Shown in pieces: positions 38,189 through 47,810 of a stretch of 64,000 bases of DNA; within the stretch, counting starts at the first letter, position 1, and each line of letters opens with the position of its first letter. The notes under the pieces were generated by a model, which saw nothing but the letters and a program-made list of their open reading frames with translations, did not search any database and had not been told where the DNA came from. The position numbers and the translations under genes are program-made. Origin of the DNA: Candidatus Thorarchaeota archaeon (GTDB lineage Archaea > Asgardarchaeota > Thorarchaeia > Thorarchaeales > Thorarchaeaceae); NCBI GenBank assembly GCA_016839605.1, contig JAEOTX010000044.1:42171-106170 (forward strand), written 5' to 3'.

Positions 38189-39506
38189 TTTTTGAAACAA
38201 CTTTGTCCATTTGACCCCGCTCTACCTGCAGTGTCAATCTAGGACTTGATTTGAGCAGATTCAATGTACGCTGAGCGACCTTCATCGCTTTATCTCGGAC
38301 TCCATCCTCCGATTCCCATCCCTGTCCTTCTCGTATATTGACCCGTGCCCTCTCAGCAGCTAAGACAGTGATTTCCCTTTCAAAGAGTCCGCTTTTTGGA
38401 GGGTCATTGCCAATGACCGCTTCAAAGAACAGCCTTCTAGCCTTCTCCCACTCACGAACTTTCTCAAGCTCCTCAACATTGTAGCCATCACGTTTTGCTT
38501 CCAGAACATCATATGGGCAAGAATGCTCGCATGCTCCGCAGTAGAGGCAGTGCTCGGATATGTCGATTTTCTCTTCAGTTCCTGTCGGATGGATTGCTTT
38601 GACTGGACATATGTTGAAGCAGTTGTGACAGCCAACTGGATCACATTTGTCACGCCTTACTATGACTACTTCTCCTGAGAATGGCTTAGTGACCTTAAGA
38701 GCATCATAAGGACAGACCTGAGCGCATAGGCCACACTTCACGCAGGTCTCATCATTGTGGTGCAGCTCGCCTGATATCTTAGGATCTTTAATGGTCCTGG
38801 GACTGGACTTGGTACATTCGACAGTTATAGCTTCATCTGGACATATCTTTGCACACAATCCACAGTAGTCGCATTCTTCGTCTATGGCTCTGATACTTAC
38901 TGCTGGTCTGAAATCAGGCGGTTCAGCTGATTCCGACCAGAAGATTTTGATTGCTTCAGGACAAAGGAGTTCGCACAACCCACAAAGTGAACACTTGTCC
39001 TCGTCTATCTTTATTGTGCCTTCAGCTGATTCTTCACCCTCATACTTGACGAGGTCCTTCTTCCATTCGACTTTGACTTCAGCGTCGAGTGACTCAGTTG
39101 GGCAGACCTTTGCACAAAGTAAGCAGGGCGCACACTTCTCCTCATCAATTGTGTGGACTCCGTCGATGTTGACAAAGTCGTTGATAGCTCCTTCTCCCTC
39201 ATATTTGGCATCAAAGGCATTGAAAATGCAGGAAGAGTCGCAGAGTCCACAGAAGGTGCATAGCTCAGGATCGACATTCACGAGCGGAGCTCCCTCAATC
39301 CTTCCTGCTGCTGTTTCCTGAACAGGTCCAAGGGTAATTGCCTCCCAGGGGCAAGGTAGGCATAGACTGCAACCCACGCATTTGTCAATTGCATGGTCAA
39401 GAGTCTTCTTGAGCAACGAGGTTTTCCAGGCAAATTTCACCTTGCCATCTTCAATGTCCATGGACACGACAGGCTTCTCGCCAACTGTAATATTATGTCG
39501 CTCCAT
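38154..39506 (-). CDS. Polyferredoxin (FwdF-like)
   Basis: About eight CxxCxxCxxxCP-type motifs. Confidence 0.85.
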   Translation of the reverse strand: MERHNITVGEKPVVSMDIEDGKVKFAWKTSLLKKTLDHAIDKCVGCSLCLPCPWEAITLGPVQETAAGRIEGAPLVNVDPELCTFCGLCDSSCIFNAFDAKYEGEGAINDFVNIDGVHTIDEEKCAPCLLCAKVCPTESLDAEVKVEWKKDLVKYEGEESAEGTIKIDEDKCSLCGLCELLCPEAIKIFWSESAEPPDFRPAVSIRAIDEECDYCGLCAKICPDEAITVECTKSSPRTIKDPKISGELHHNDETCVKCGLCAQVCPYDALKVTKPFSGEVVIVRRDKCDPVGCHNCFNICPVKAIHPTGTEEKIDISEHCLYCGACEHSCPYDVLEAKRDGYNVEELEKVREWEKARRLFFEAVIGNDPPKSGLFEREITVLAAERARVNIREGQGWESEDGVRDKAMKVAQRTLNLLKSSPRLTLQVERGQMDKVVSKIKGPPKESQEK

Positions 39507-39510
39507 GATG

Positions 39511-41961
39511 TTAGCCTCCGACTGCCTCTCTTGCATCCTGGGGCGGTTTGACAGTAGGCTTTTCTACTATTTCTCTGCCTAATGGTCCAAGACGTGTTAT
39601 TCTATTTACAAATCTCGTTACTTGCTCTGCGAAACTATCAGCTTCAGATGCGGAAGCACTACCAAAGTAAAGGCGTCCCCCATCGATTCCTGAAGCCCTG
39701 AGCAACTCCCTTACCTTGCCCATCCTGTTCTGAGCATATCCGGCACCTGACCGATAGTGACAATCTTGAATGTGACATCCCATGACTGCCACGCCATCAG
39801 CGCCCTCTGCAAACGCAGTCATTATAGTTACCACATTCAGACGTCCAGTACATGGAACCTGTATCGGTATCATATTCGGTGGATAGGTAATCCTAGCAGT
39901 CCCGGCTCTATCTGCAGCCCCATAGGCACACCATCGACAAAGATATCCAACGATAGCTGGCTTCTGAGGATTATATTCCACCGCGGCCTTTGTTGCACTC
40001 AATAGCTGTTCATTCGTTAGGCATGGAAGATCAAGAGCCCCAGATGGGCACGCGGCCGCACATGATCCACATCCCCTGCAAGCAGCCATGTTAATCAATG
40101 GATGCTTTTCGTCATTGAAAGAAATCGCATCGGGAGTACAGTTCTGTTCGCACAAGCGGCAGCTGATGCATAGAGATGGATCAAGAGATGGAACACATGC
40201 CTCTGTAATCACCTTGCCACTAGTGAGCAAGGTCTTGACCTTTGATGCAGCAAGTCCGGCATGGGCTACAGTGTCAGAGATGTCCTTTGGACCCTGAGCT
40301 ACTCCTGATAGAAAGACGCCCTTCGTCGGGGTTGTGCTTGGTCCAAGTTTGGGGTGTTGCTCAAGGAAGAAGCCGTTCTCATCTAATGGTACTTTGAGTA
40401 GCCTCGACAGAGCGATATTACTTGGCTCTGCATCCATTCCAACCATTAGGACAACAAGATCCACATCCATCTCGAGTTGCCGTCTTAGTGTTATGTCCTC
40501 TGCACGAATGCTTGTCTGACCAGTGACCGGATCTAGGACAACCTCACCGATCGCTCCTCGGACGAAATTCACCTTGTATTCCTTTGCCGCCCGGACTTGG
40601 AGTTCTTCATGTCCCTTTCCAAAGGTCCTTAAGTCGGAATGAAAGACGAAGGCCTCGATCTCAGGTATCTGCTGTTTGATTTGAACTACTTCTTTGACAG
40701 ACGCTGTGCAACAAGCTCTACTGCAATACGGTCGTCCGAAGCGCTCTGAACGACTGCCTACACAAGGCACGAATACGACTCTTCTAGGCACTTCGCCGCT
40801 TGAAGGTCTGACAAGCTTTCCGCCACTCGGCCCTCCTGGGTTCAATAGCCTCTCGAGCTCCAATGATGTTATGACATCAGGATTCTCCCCGTATCCAAGT
40901 TCCTCGACAATTCGTGGGTCAAATGGCATAAACCCTGTTGCAACAACAATAGCGCCTACGGTGACTGTTTCAGTAGACTCCTCTTCCTCATATCGAAGAG
41001 ATTTTGGTTCGCATACCCCTGCACAGGATTGGCATCCAATACAGTTCTGAGTGTCTATGTAAGGTGCGAGAGGCACCAAGTCAATCAATGGCCTCACCAT
41101 AGCTTTTCTCTTTCCGAGCCCGTAATTGTACTCATCAGGGACCTCTACAGGACATACCTCTATACACTTGTTGCAGCCAGTGCAGGACTCTAGGTCAACA
41201 AATCTGGGTCGTTTTCTCAATGTCACATTGTAATGACCAACCGCACCTCTCACGTCAATGATGTCGGTCAAGGTCGATATCTGGATATTCTCATGCCTTG
41301 CGACCCTTGCCATCATAGGACCAAGAATACAGATTCCACAGTCAAATGTTGGGAACAGCTTGTCCCACTTTGCCATGTGACCTCCGAGGAATCCTTCCCT
41401 CTCTACTACAACCGTGCTTATGCCAGAATCAGCAAGCTCGAGCGCAGTGGTTAGTCCCGCAACACCGCCACCAATCACTAGCGCTTTCTGAGTCACAGGC
41501 ACATCATGTGTGGTGATTGGATAGGATTTGTCTACTTTGGCTAATCCAGTGTCTATAATAGCTGCAGCTTTGGCAGTTGCTACTTCTGGGTCATCATAAT
41601 GTACCCAACTGCATTGCTCTCTGATGTTTGCCATATGGAGGTGTCCTGGGTTTAGTCCCGCCTCCTTCACAGCGTCAGAGAACAGTTCCCTATGAAGGAG
41701 AGGCGAACATGCAGCAATAACAGCTTTGCCCACCTTGCTTTTCTTGATAGACTTAATCAGATCTACTACTCCTTGTTCTGAACAAAAATGGTCGTTTACC
41801 TCAACAAGCGAGATTCCCTTGGCCTCGTATTTTGCCTTCAATGAGTCAACATCGATGGTGTCTGCGATATTTGAGCCGCATCGACAAAGGTAGACTGCAG
41901 TCTTGTCAGTCTTTTTCTCTTTCTTCTTCTTGCTTTTCTTTTTGCGACTCACAATTTCCAC
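39511..41961 (-). CDS. hdrA: HdrA-MvhD fusion (heterodisulfide reductase subunit A plus [2Fe-2S] MvhD domain)
   Basis: CRCGSNIA, ACSP, NIREQCSWVH, GGGVAG, DKLFPTFDCGICIL, CVGSR, CSRACC, GPKDI, then CRWCAYGAAD, PCTGR, GCH..DCHY. Confidence 0.92.
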   Translation of the reverse strand: MEIVSRKKKSKKKKEKKTDKTAVYLCRCGSNIADTIDVDSLKAKYEAKGISLVEVNDHFCSEQGVVDLIKSIKKSKVGKAVIAACSPLLHRELFSDAVKEAGLNPGHLHMANIREQCSWVHYDDPEVATAKAAAIIDTGLAKVDKSYPITTHDVPVTQKALVIGGGVAGLTTALELADSGISTVVVEREGFLGGHMAKWDKLFPTFDCGICILGPMMARVARHENIQISTLTDIIDVRGAVGHYNVTLRKRPRFVDLESCTGCNKCIEVCPVEVPDEYNYGLGKRKAMVRPLIDLVPLAPYIDTQNCIGCQSCAGVCEPKSLRYEEEESTETVTVGAIVVATGFMPFDPRIVEELGYGENPDVITSLELERLLNPGGPSGGKLVRPSSGEVPRRVVFVPCVGSRSERFGRPYCSRACCTASVKEVVQIKQQIPEIEAFVFHSDLRTFGKGHEELQVRAAKEYKVNFVRGAIGEVVLDPVTGQTSIRAEDITLRRQLEMDVDLVVLMVGMDAEPSNIALSRLLKVPLDENGFFLEQHPKLGPSTTPTKGVFLSGVAQGPKDISDTVAHAGLAASKVKTLLTSGKVITEACVPSLDPSLCISCRLCEQNCTPDAISFNDEKHPLINMAACRGCGSCAAACPSGALDLPCLTNEQLLSATKAAVEYNPQKPAIVGYLCRWCAYGAADRAGTARITYPPNMIPIQVPCTGRLNVVTIMTAFAEGADGVAVMGCHIQDCHYRSGAGYAQNRMGKVRELLRASGIDGGRLYFGSASASEADSFAEQVTRFVNRITRLGPLGREIVEKPTVKPPQDAREAVGG

Positions 41962-42229
41962 CTAGGTGTGACAAAGACCCTTGGGCCAGGTGTTATCTGA
42001 TTGTTTGTGTTACTTCGGTCTTTCAACTTGATGAGCTTCTTTCTATCCAGTATAAGTGTGAGCATTCAGGATTCAGAGCCAACATTCTACGATAAGAAGA
42101 CTGTGATATCTGGAGAAATGGACTTTCCAATGAGCCCTGTGCCATACCGCATCATTCTTTTTAGGAGAAAACTGGATTCCCACAGGCAATGGCTAGTGAT
42201 AACACACCCGCCAAGGGAGACCCGAAGAC

Positions 42230-42688
42230 TTGAAACTCAATCCCATGGAGCTTTACAATCTATTACCCAAGACAAACTGCCGTCTATGCGAACCAAAGAC
42301 CTGCATGGCTTTTGCGACTAAGATGGCGCTTGGTGACGTTCTCCCTGATGACTGCCCCCCTCTCCTGGAAGAGGGATTTGAGAAGAACCTTGAGAAGCTA
42401 AGAGAACTTGTCGCTCCGATGCAATCAGCAGAGGAAACTGGAATAAAACTGGATGATTCCAAGTGCACTGGTTGTGGCAACTGTGTTGTTGTCTGTCCAG
42501 TAGATGTAGCCGTCGAGCCTGAAACAGGTCATGGTAAGGCTGGCAAAAGTCGTGACACAGTCTTCATTGTTGAGAACGGGATTTCAAAGATAATCAATCT
42601 GGAGAAGTGCAGGCGATTTCCCCCTGATCGGCTCAATTGCAGAGTCTGTGAACAGTATTGCTGCACAGATGCCATCGAGATTTGGTAG
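42230..42688 (+). CDS. Fe-S protein: N-terminal LPKTNCxxC...C domain plus 2x[4Fe-4S] ferredoxin (FwdG-like)
   Basis: LLPKTNCRLCEPKTCMAFA, CTGCGNCVVVCP, CRVCEQYC. Confidence 0.8.
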   Translation: MKLNPMELYNLLPKTNCRLCEPKTCMAFATKMALGDVLPDDCPPLLEEGFEKNLEKLRELVAPMQSAEETGIKLDDSKCTGCGNCVVVCPVDVAVEPETGHGKAGKSRDTVFIVENGISKIINLEKCRRFPPDRLNCRVCEQYCCTDAIEIW

Positions 42689-42696
42689 GTGATACT

Positions 42697-43932
42697 ATGG
42701 AAGATATCGTCTGCAGTGGATGCGCGTTACTTTGTGATGATGTGGCCGCAGAGGTGAAAGGTGAGGAAATTAGCTCATTGGGCCTCTGTAGACTCGGTCA
42801 TCAACACTTGATCTCCTCAATAAAGATGCACGACGCGAAATCTGTGGTCCGCGATACCGGTACAGAAAAGACGGTCTCTATAGGTGTGGCACTGAAGAAA
42901 GCATCAGAGATTCTGCTCACTGCAAAGCGTCCTCTTCTTTATGGGTGGTCTCACTCAACAGATGAAACCATCACGAAAGGAATTGAGCTGGCAAAGTCCA
43001 TAGGAGCCGCTTTCGATACTACCGCTAGTCTTGGATTGGTTCAGGCACTCATCCATAAGCTTCACTCCAAGCAGCTGGAAATCGATCTTGATTATGTCCG
43101 AAATAATGGTGAGTTCATTCTGTATTGGGGATCTAATCCAACAGAGAGCAGTCATCGACATCCCAGTAAGTTTGCAGTCTTGCCGCGTGGCGAAAACATA
43201 CCTGAGGGAATCGAGAGTAGGACTATCGGAGTCGTGGATGTTCGAAATACGGAGACAATGAAGATGGCCAATCATCGACTGATTATCCCTCCCGGGGCAG
43301 ACGCAGAGTTACTTGATGCATTGTCATCTGATATTTTAGGAAAGAGTCCTATCACTGGAGATGTAGCTGGTATTTCTGCTCAGGAGCTGCTTGGGCTTGT
43401 TCGCAATGTAAAGAAATCCGACTGCACAGTGATATTCTATGGCAGCGGATTGATTAACTCAGGAAATACAGAGGCGAATCTTTCTGGGCTCCAAACACTA
43501 ATCGAGTCTGTGAGGGAGGCTGGGAAGCAGGCATTCGCTTTGCCCATGGCAACAGAACCCAACATCATGGGTGTCACTAAGAACGCAGTTGAAGCAGGAG
43601 ATGGGGATACACTTCGTAGGCTTGTGGCTGGAGAGTTCGAAGCTGCACTCATAGTTGGCGACGATTCACTTGTAGAGCTGCCTGGACCTGCAGCTAAGGC
43701 ATTCGCTAGCATTCCACTGATTTACGTTGGTCCACCTGGCGGCATCACCGATGCCAAAGCAAGAGTTTCTATTCACGTTGCAGACAGTATGCTATTGGGA
43801 TCTGGCAAAATGCATCGGCTCGATTTTGTTGAGGTTCCGTACAAGCAGTGGAGCGCTCATCCAAAGCAACCTGCAGCTGAATTTGACGTGATATCAAGAC
43901 TACATGAACTTGTGACTAAGGGGTTGAAATAG
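42697..43932 (+). CDS. FwdB-like protein lacking Mo/W active-site residues
   Basis: CSGCALLCDD..CRLG, AKRPLLYGWS, YWGSNP...H.RH, VVDVRNT. TASLGL in place of TASVCH. Confidence 0.82.
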   Translation: MEDIVCSGCALLCDDVAAEVKGEEISSLGLCRLGHQHLISSIKMHDAKSVVRDTGTEKTVSIGVALKKASEILLTAKRPLLYGWSHSTDETITKGIELAKSIGAAFDTTASLGLVQALIHKLHSKQLEIDLDYVRNNGEFILYWGSNPTESSHRHPSKFAVLPRGENIPEGIESRTIGVVDVRNTETMKMANHRLIIPPGADAELLDALSSDILGKSPITGDVAGISAQELLGLVRNVKKSDCTVIFYGSGLINSGNTEANLSGLQTLIESVREAGKQAFALPMATEPNIMGVTKNAVEAGDGDTLRRLVAGEFEAALIVGDDSLVELPGPAAKAFASIPLIYVGPPGGITDAKARVSIHVADSMLLGSGKMHRLDFVEVPYKQWSAHPKQPAAEFDVISRLHELVTKGLK

Positions 43933-43935
43933 ACA

Positions 43936-44733
43936 ATGAAGATAGCTGTAGCAGGTAAGGGAGGGGTCGGAAAGACCACAGTTGCTGGTACAATCGCTCG
44001 ACTCTTGGGACAAGATGGTTTGAGCATTCTTGCTGTAGATGCAGATCCAAGCTATACCCTATGGTCTGCGTTAGGCATTCCAGCTGAACAGGCTGAGAAA
44101 ATTGTCCCTTTGACAGAGAATGAGGACTTATTGAAAGAGCGAATGGAGATTTCAGGTGCAGGCTCTTACAAAGAAGTCTTCAAACTGAATCCGCGTGTTG
44201 ATGACCTCAGTGGTCTGTTTGCAGTCGAGGGGCCGGATAACGTAAGCCTACTTGTCGCAGGCACCGTAGAACTTGGAGGTTCAGGATGCATGTGTCCATC
44301 TGCTACTCTCCTCAAGGCGCTTATGCGGTTCCTGGTTCTAGGTTCTGATGAAGCGTTTGTGATGGACATGGATGCTGGAGTGGAGAACCTTGGTCGAGGG
44401 ACAACCACCGGAATGGACGCGCTCATCGTAGTTGCAGAACCAGGGCGTAGGTCTCTAGCAATCCTGTCCAAGATTAAGCAGCTAGCACTTGACATTAACG
44501 TTGGTCGCATACTAGCTGTAGGCAACAAGGTCGCTGATCCTGAGGATGAAGAAATGATTCGGAAAAGAGTGGAATCCGAAGGAATACCCCTTCTCGGAAT
44601 GGTCCCACTTGATGAATCGATCAAAGCCGCTGACCGAAAAGGCATGGCTCCGATAGACCTTGATGCTGACTCACCAGGGATGGTGGCAATTCGAGAGATA
44701 AAACAACGTCTTGTTGATGAGTTTCGAGAATGA
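43936..44733 (+). CDS. cooC: CooC/AcsF nickel-insertion ATPase
   Basis: GKGGVGKTT, VDADP, GCMCP, DMDAGVE. Confidence 0.9.
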   Translation: MKIAVAGKGGVGKTTVAGTIARLLGQDGLSILAVDADPSYTLWSALGIPAEQAEKIVPLTENEDLLKERMEISGAGSYKEVFKLNPRVDDLSGLFAVEGPDNVSLLVAGTVELGGSGCMCPSATLLKALMRFLVLGSDEAFVMDMDAGVENLGRGTTTGMDALIVVAEPGRRSLAILSKIKQLALDINVGRILAVGNKVADPEDEEMIRKRVESEGIPLLGMVPLDESIKAADRKGMAPIDLDADSPGMVAIREIKQRLVDEFRE

Positions 44734-44912
44734 ACACGCTTTTCTTAAAGTTACACTGTGAACGTTCAAATCGGTGTCATATAATTTACCGAAAGAATAC
44801 GGATTCATTTGGTTAACGATTGATTCGTATACTTGTTCTCGATATCGTTGATGATTCATAACCTTATTATGCTGCTTTTTGTCACGACCAGCATATTAGC
44901 CACAGGGTTTGT

Positions 44913-47261
44913 ATGCATATGAAAAAGAAAGCACACTTCAAAGCTGATGAAGCGAGAACCGATTTAGGTGTCTTCAAAGGTCTTGAGGTTCGAATCGGGC
45001 AGATCGTGGATGACGAATGGGATGAACCAATGGGTCCAACCCCAATGCCGAGTCCAACCGGTCTCCGATCTTGGGACCACAAGCTCTTGACGAAATATAC
45101 GCCATCCTACATGCCTTATTGTCAGGTCTGTTGTCTATGTACATTTGGCAAATGTGACCTCTCCGGAGACAAGCGGGGTGCCTGTGGGATTGATATGAAG
45201 GGGCAACAGGCAAGAATTGTGCTCGCAGCAGCCAATATAGGCAATGCAGCACACTTGGCTCATGCAAGACACTTGGTTGATCACTTGATTGATGAGTTCG
45301 GTCCTCGAACTGATCTTATTCAAGGACCTGGCACCGAGATACACGCACCTGTTTCTCGTTTGGTGACGGGAACGAGACCAAGAACTCTTGAGGATGCCAG
45401 CATAATTCTTGACTATTGTGAGAGTCAACTAGCTCACACACTCTCAGCCACACACACGGGCCAAGAGGGGAGCTGGTTAGACTTCGAGAGTAAGGTTCTC
45501 CATGTTGGGATGATAGATCAAGTAAGCATGGAGATTGCAGACCTAGTTCAGATTTCGACACTTGGCTTTCCGAAAGCCGATCCAGAAGCGCCGCTTGTTG
45601 ACTCTGGCATAGGCATGATGGATCTAAACAAGGCAATCATCCTGACTATTGGTCACAACATTGTACCAGCAGCCTCGATAACCGACTATATTACTGAGAA
45701 GAAACTTGGAGCCAAAGTTGAGGTAGGTGGCATGTGCTGCACTGCATGGGATATCACACGCCGTGATCCAAGTGCCAAGGTGATTGGGCCAATCTCTTGG
45801 CAGCTTAGATATATTCGAAGCGGCAAGGCTGATGTTGTAGTAGTGGACGAGCAATGTGTCCGGACTGATGTGGTTTCTGAGGCTCAGAAAGTAAAGGCTC
45901 CAGTTATTTCAACGAGTGACAAAGCAGTAATGGGACTGCCGGACAGATCTGATGATGCAATTGACTCGATAGTTGATGAACTTGTATCAGGAAAGATACC
46001 TGGTGCATATATCTCCGATCACCATAAGGTTGGAGCGGTTGCAACCAAAGTAGCCCTTGCTGTCATGCCAAAAAGAAGGAAGATGAAATTCTTCCCGACA
46101 AAGAAACAGATTCAGAAGATGGCTCAAGAATGTAAGAAATGTAGTGAATGCATTCGGTCGTGTCCAAATGACCAGCCAGTTATGGAGGCTGTCTTAGCGG
46201 CTCAGACGGGGAATTTCGAGCCACTACGTGATGTCTATCGGAACTGTATTGGATGTGCACGGTGCGAATCTGCATGTCCCAACGATTATGACTTACATAG
46301 TTGGATGGTTGTTGCAGCTGAAGCTGACTGCGAAGCTGAAACCTACAAGGTTCGAACAGGAAGGGGTGCAATTCAGGATACCGAAATCCGCAGCGTTGGC
46401 CAGCCCATCGTCTTCGGAGAGATTCCTGGAGTAATTGCACATGTTGGTTGTGCTAATTATCCTGGTGGAGGCGCTGATATCCACGAAATGGCCGAAGAAT
46501 TCGCCAAACGAAGGTATATCATAGTGACTTCAGGATGTGCAGCAATATCAGCTGGTCATGTAAAAGATGAAAATGGCCAATCCATATATGAGAGACGTGG
46601 TGGCGAATTCGATGCAGGCTGCGTTCTCAATGTTGGTTCATGTGTATCCAATCCTCACATAGCTGGCGCTGCGATTAAAATCGCTGCGATTTTCGCCAAG
46701 AGAAATCTACGAGCCAACTACGCTGAAATTGCTGACTACATTCACAATCGGGTTGGTGCTGTAGGTATCTCTTGGGGCGCGATGTCGCAGAAGGCTGCAT
46801 CAATTGCAGCTGGTTTCTGGCGACTCGGAGTTCCAGTGATTGTTGGCCCTCATGGTTCCAAGTACCGAAGAATGTTGCTTGGTAAAGCTGAGGAAGAACG
46901 AGCTTGGACTGTCTATGATGCACGTACTGGAGATCGTGTAGTGACTGCGCCTGGTCCCGAACACCTATTCTATGCCGCTGAAACTGTCGCAGAAGCTAAT
47001 GTGATGACAGCAAAGCTCTGTCTTAGGCCCAATGATACAAGTAGGGGGCGCTCCATCAAACTGAGCCACTACATTGACATCCATGAGAATTCATACGGCT
47101 TTTTCCCGGAGGATGTTTGGAACTACATCCGTCGTGAATCGGATATTCCAATCACATTGAAGGACAAGATTTTGGCTCAAATGAAGGAGAACAAATGGAA
47201 GGAAAGAACAATCCCAGATCCGACGCTTCTCAAGGAGCTAGTCATGGGAGGTGGCAAATAA
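44913..47261 (+). CDS. cdhA: CO dehydrogenase/acetyl-CoA synthase alpha subunit
   Basis: CQVCCLCTFGKC, IGHN, GMCCT, DEQC, two ferredoxin motifs, GCAN, SGC, GSCVSN. Confidence 0.96.
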   Translation: MHMKKKAHFKADEARTDLGVFKGLEVRIGQIVDDEWDEPMGPTPMPSPTGLRSWDHKLLTKYTPSYMPYCQVCCLCTFGKCDLSGDKRGACGIDMKGQQARIVLAAANIGNAAHLAHARHLVDHLIDEFGPRTDLIQGPGTEIHAPVSRLVTGTRPRTLEDASIILDYCESQLAHTLSATHTGQEGSWLDFESKVLHVGMIDQVSMEIADLVQISTLGFPKADPEAPLVDSGIGMMDLNKAIILTIGHNIVPAASITDYITEKKLGAKVEVGGMCCTAWDITRRDPSAKVIGPISWQLRYIRSGKADVVVVDEQCVRTDVVSEAQKVKAPVISTSDKAVMGLPDRSDDAIDSIVDELVSGKIPGAYISDHHKVGAVATKVALAVMPKRRKMKFFPTKKQIQKMAQECKKCSECIRSCPNDQPVMEAVLAAQTGNFEPLRDVYRNCIGCARCESACPNDYDLHSWMVVAAEADCEAETYKVRTGRGAIQDTEIRSVGQPIVFGEIPGVIAHVGCANYPGGGADIHEMAEEFAKRRYIIVTSGCAAISAGHVKDENGQSIYERRGGEFDAGCVLNVGSCVSNPHIAGAAIKIAAIFAKRNLRANYAEIADYIHNRVGAVGISWGAMSQKAASIAAGFWRLGVPVIVGPHGSKYRRMLLGKAEEERAWTVYDARTGDRVVTAPGPEHLFYAAETVAEANVMTAKLCLRPNDTSRGRSIKLSHYIDIHENSYGFFPEDVWNYIRRESDIPITLKDKILAQMKENKWKERTIPDPTLLKELVMGGGK

Positions 47262-47809
47262 TGGTGATGAGACCAGTACCCTGGCAGACAGGAGAGATTT
47301 GCGGCCCTGACAGTGCAAAATCACTCAACAAGGCCACCCAGCTAAAAAGAGTCTTCACGAAATCAAAGAAACCCCTATTGATTGTGGGATCTGATGCAGT
47401 TGGCATGCCGCATGGGAAGGGTGACATGATTGACTATGCAATAGCCCTTTCAGAGGCTGGTAAGATACCTGTTGTTGCTACTGGAGGCGCAATCAAGGCC
47501 TTTATTGAGAAGGGTTTTGAAGGCGCAAAATCAAAAGGCGCAATGGAATTGGCGAACTACCTTCAGGATGAATCGTGGCCAGGTCCCCATGGAAAGGGAC
47601 CTCACGATTTGATTCTGGTTTATGGTATCCCATACTACATGCAGTGGACGCTGCTATCTGCAGTTATGAACTTTGGGACTCATCTGGCAAAGGTTACCCT
47701 GGGGCGTTATTATCAACCACATGCAGATTGGTCATTCCCAAACATGAAGGAGAAGCAATGGCACAAAACTCTGGATGAAATTCTGGAGTTTGTAGGAGGA
47801 GGTAAGTAA
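47261..47809 (+). CDS. cdhB: CODH/ACS epsilon subunit
   Basis: PWQ, KKPLLIVG, D.SW.G..G.G.HDL, YYQPHADWSFPN; operon position. Confidence 0.92.
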   Translation: MVMRPVPWQTGEICGPDSAKSLNKATQLKRVFTKSKKPLLIVGSDAVGMPHGKGDMIDYAIALSEAGKIPVVATGGAIKAFIEKGFEGAKSKGAMELANYLQDESWPGPHGKGPHDLILVYGIPYYMQWTLLSAVMNFGTHLAKVTLGRYYQPHADWSFPNMKEKQWHKTLDEILEFVGGGK

Positions 47810-47810
47810 C

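Noticed and set aside
39511-43932. Selenocysteine recoding in HdrA, MvhD or FwdB
   Set aside because: The ORFs have no in-frame TGA. The usual Sec positions are Cys (FDCGIC, CRWC, DCHY) or are lost in FwdB.
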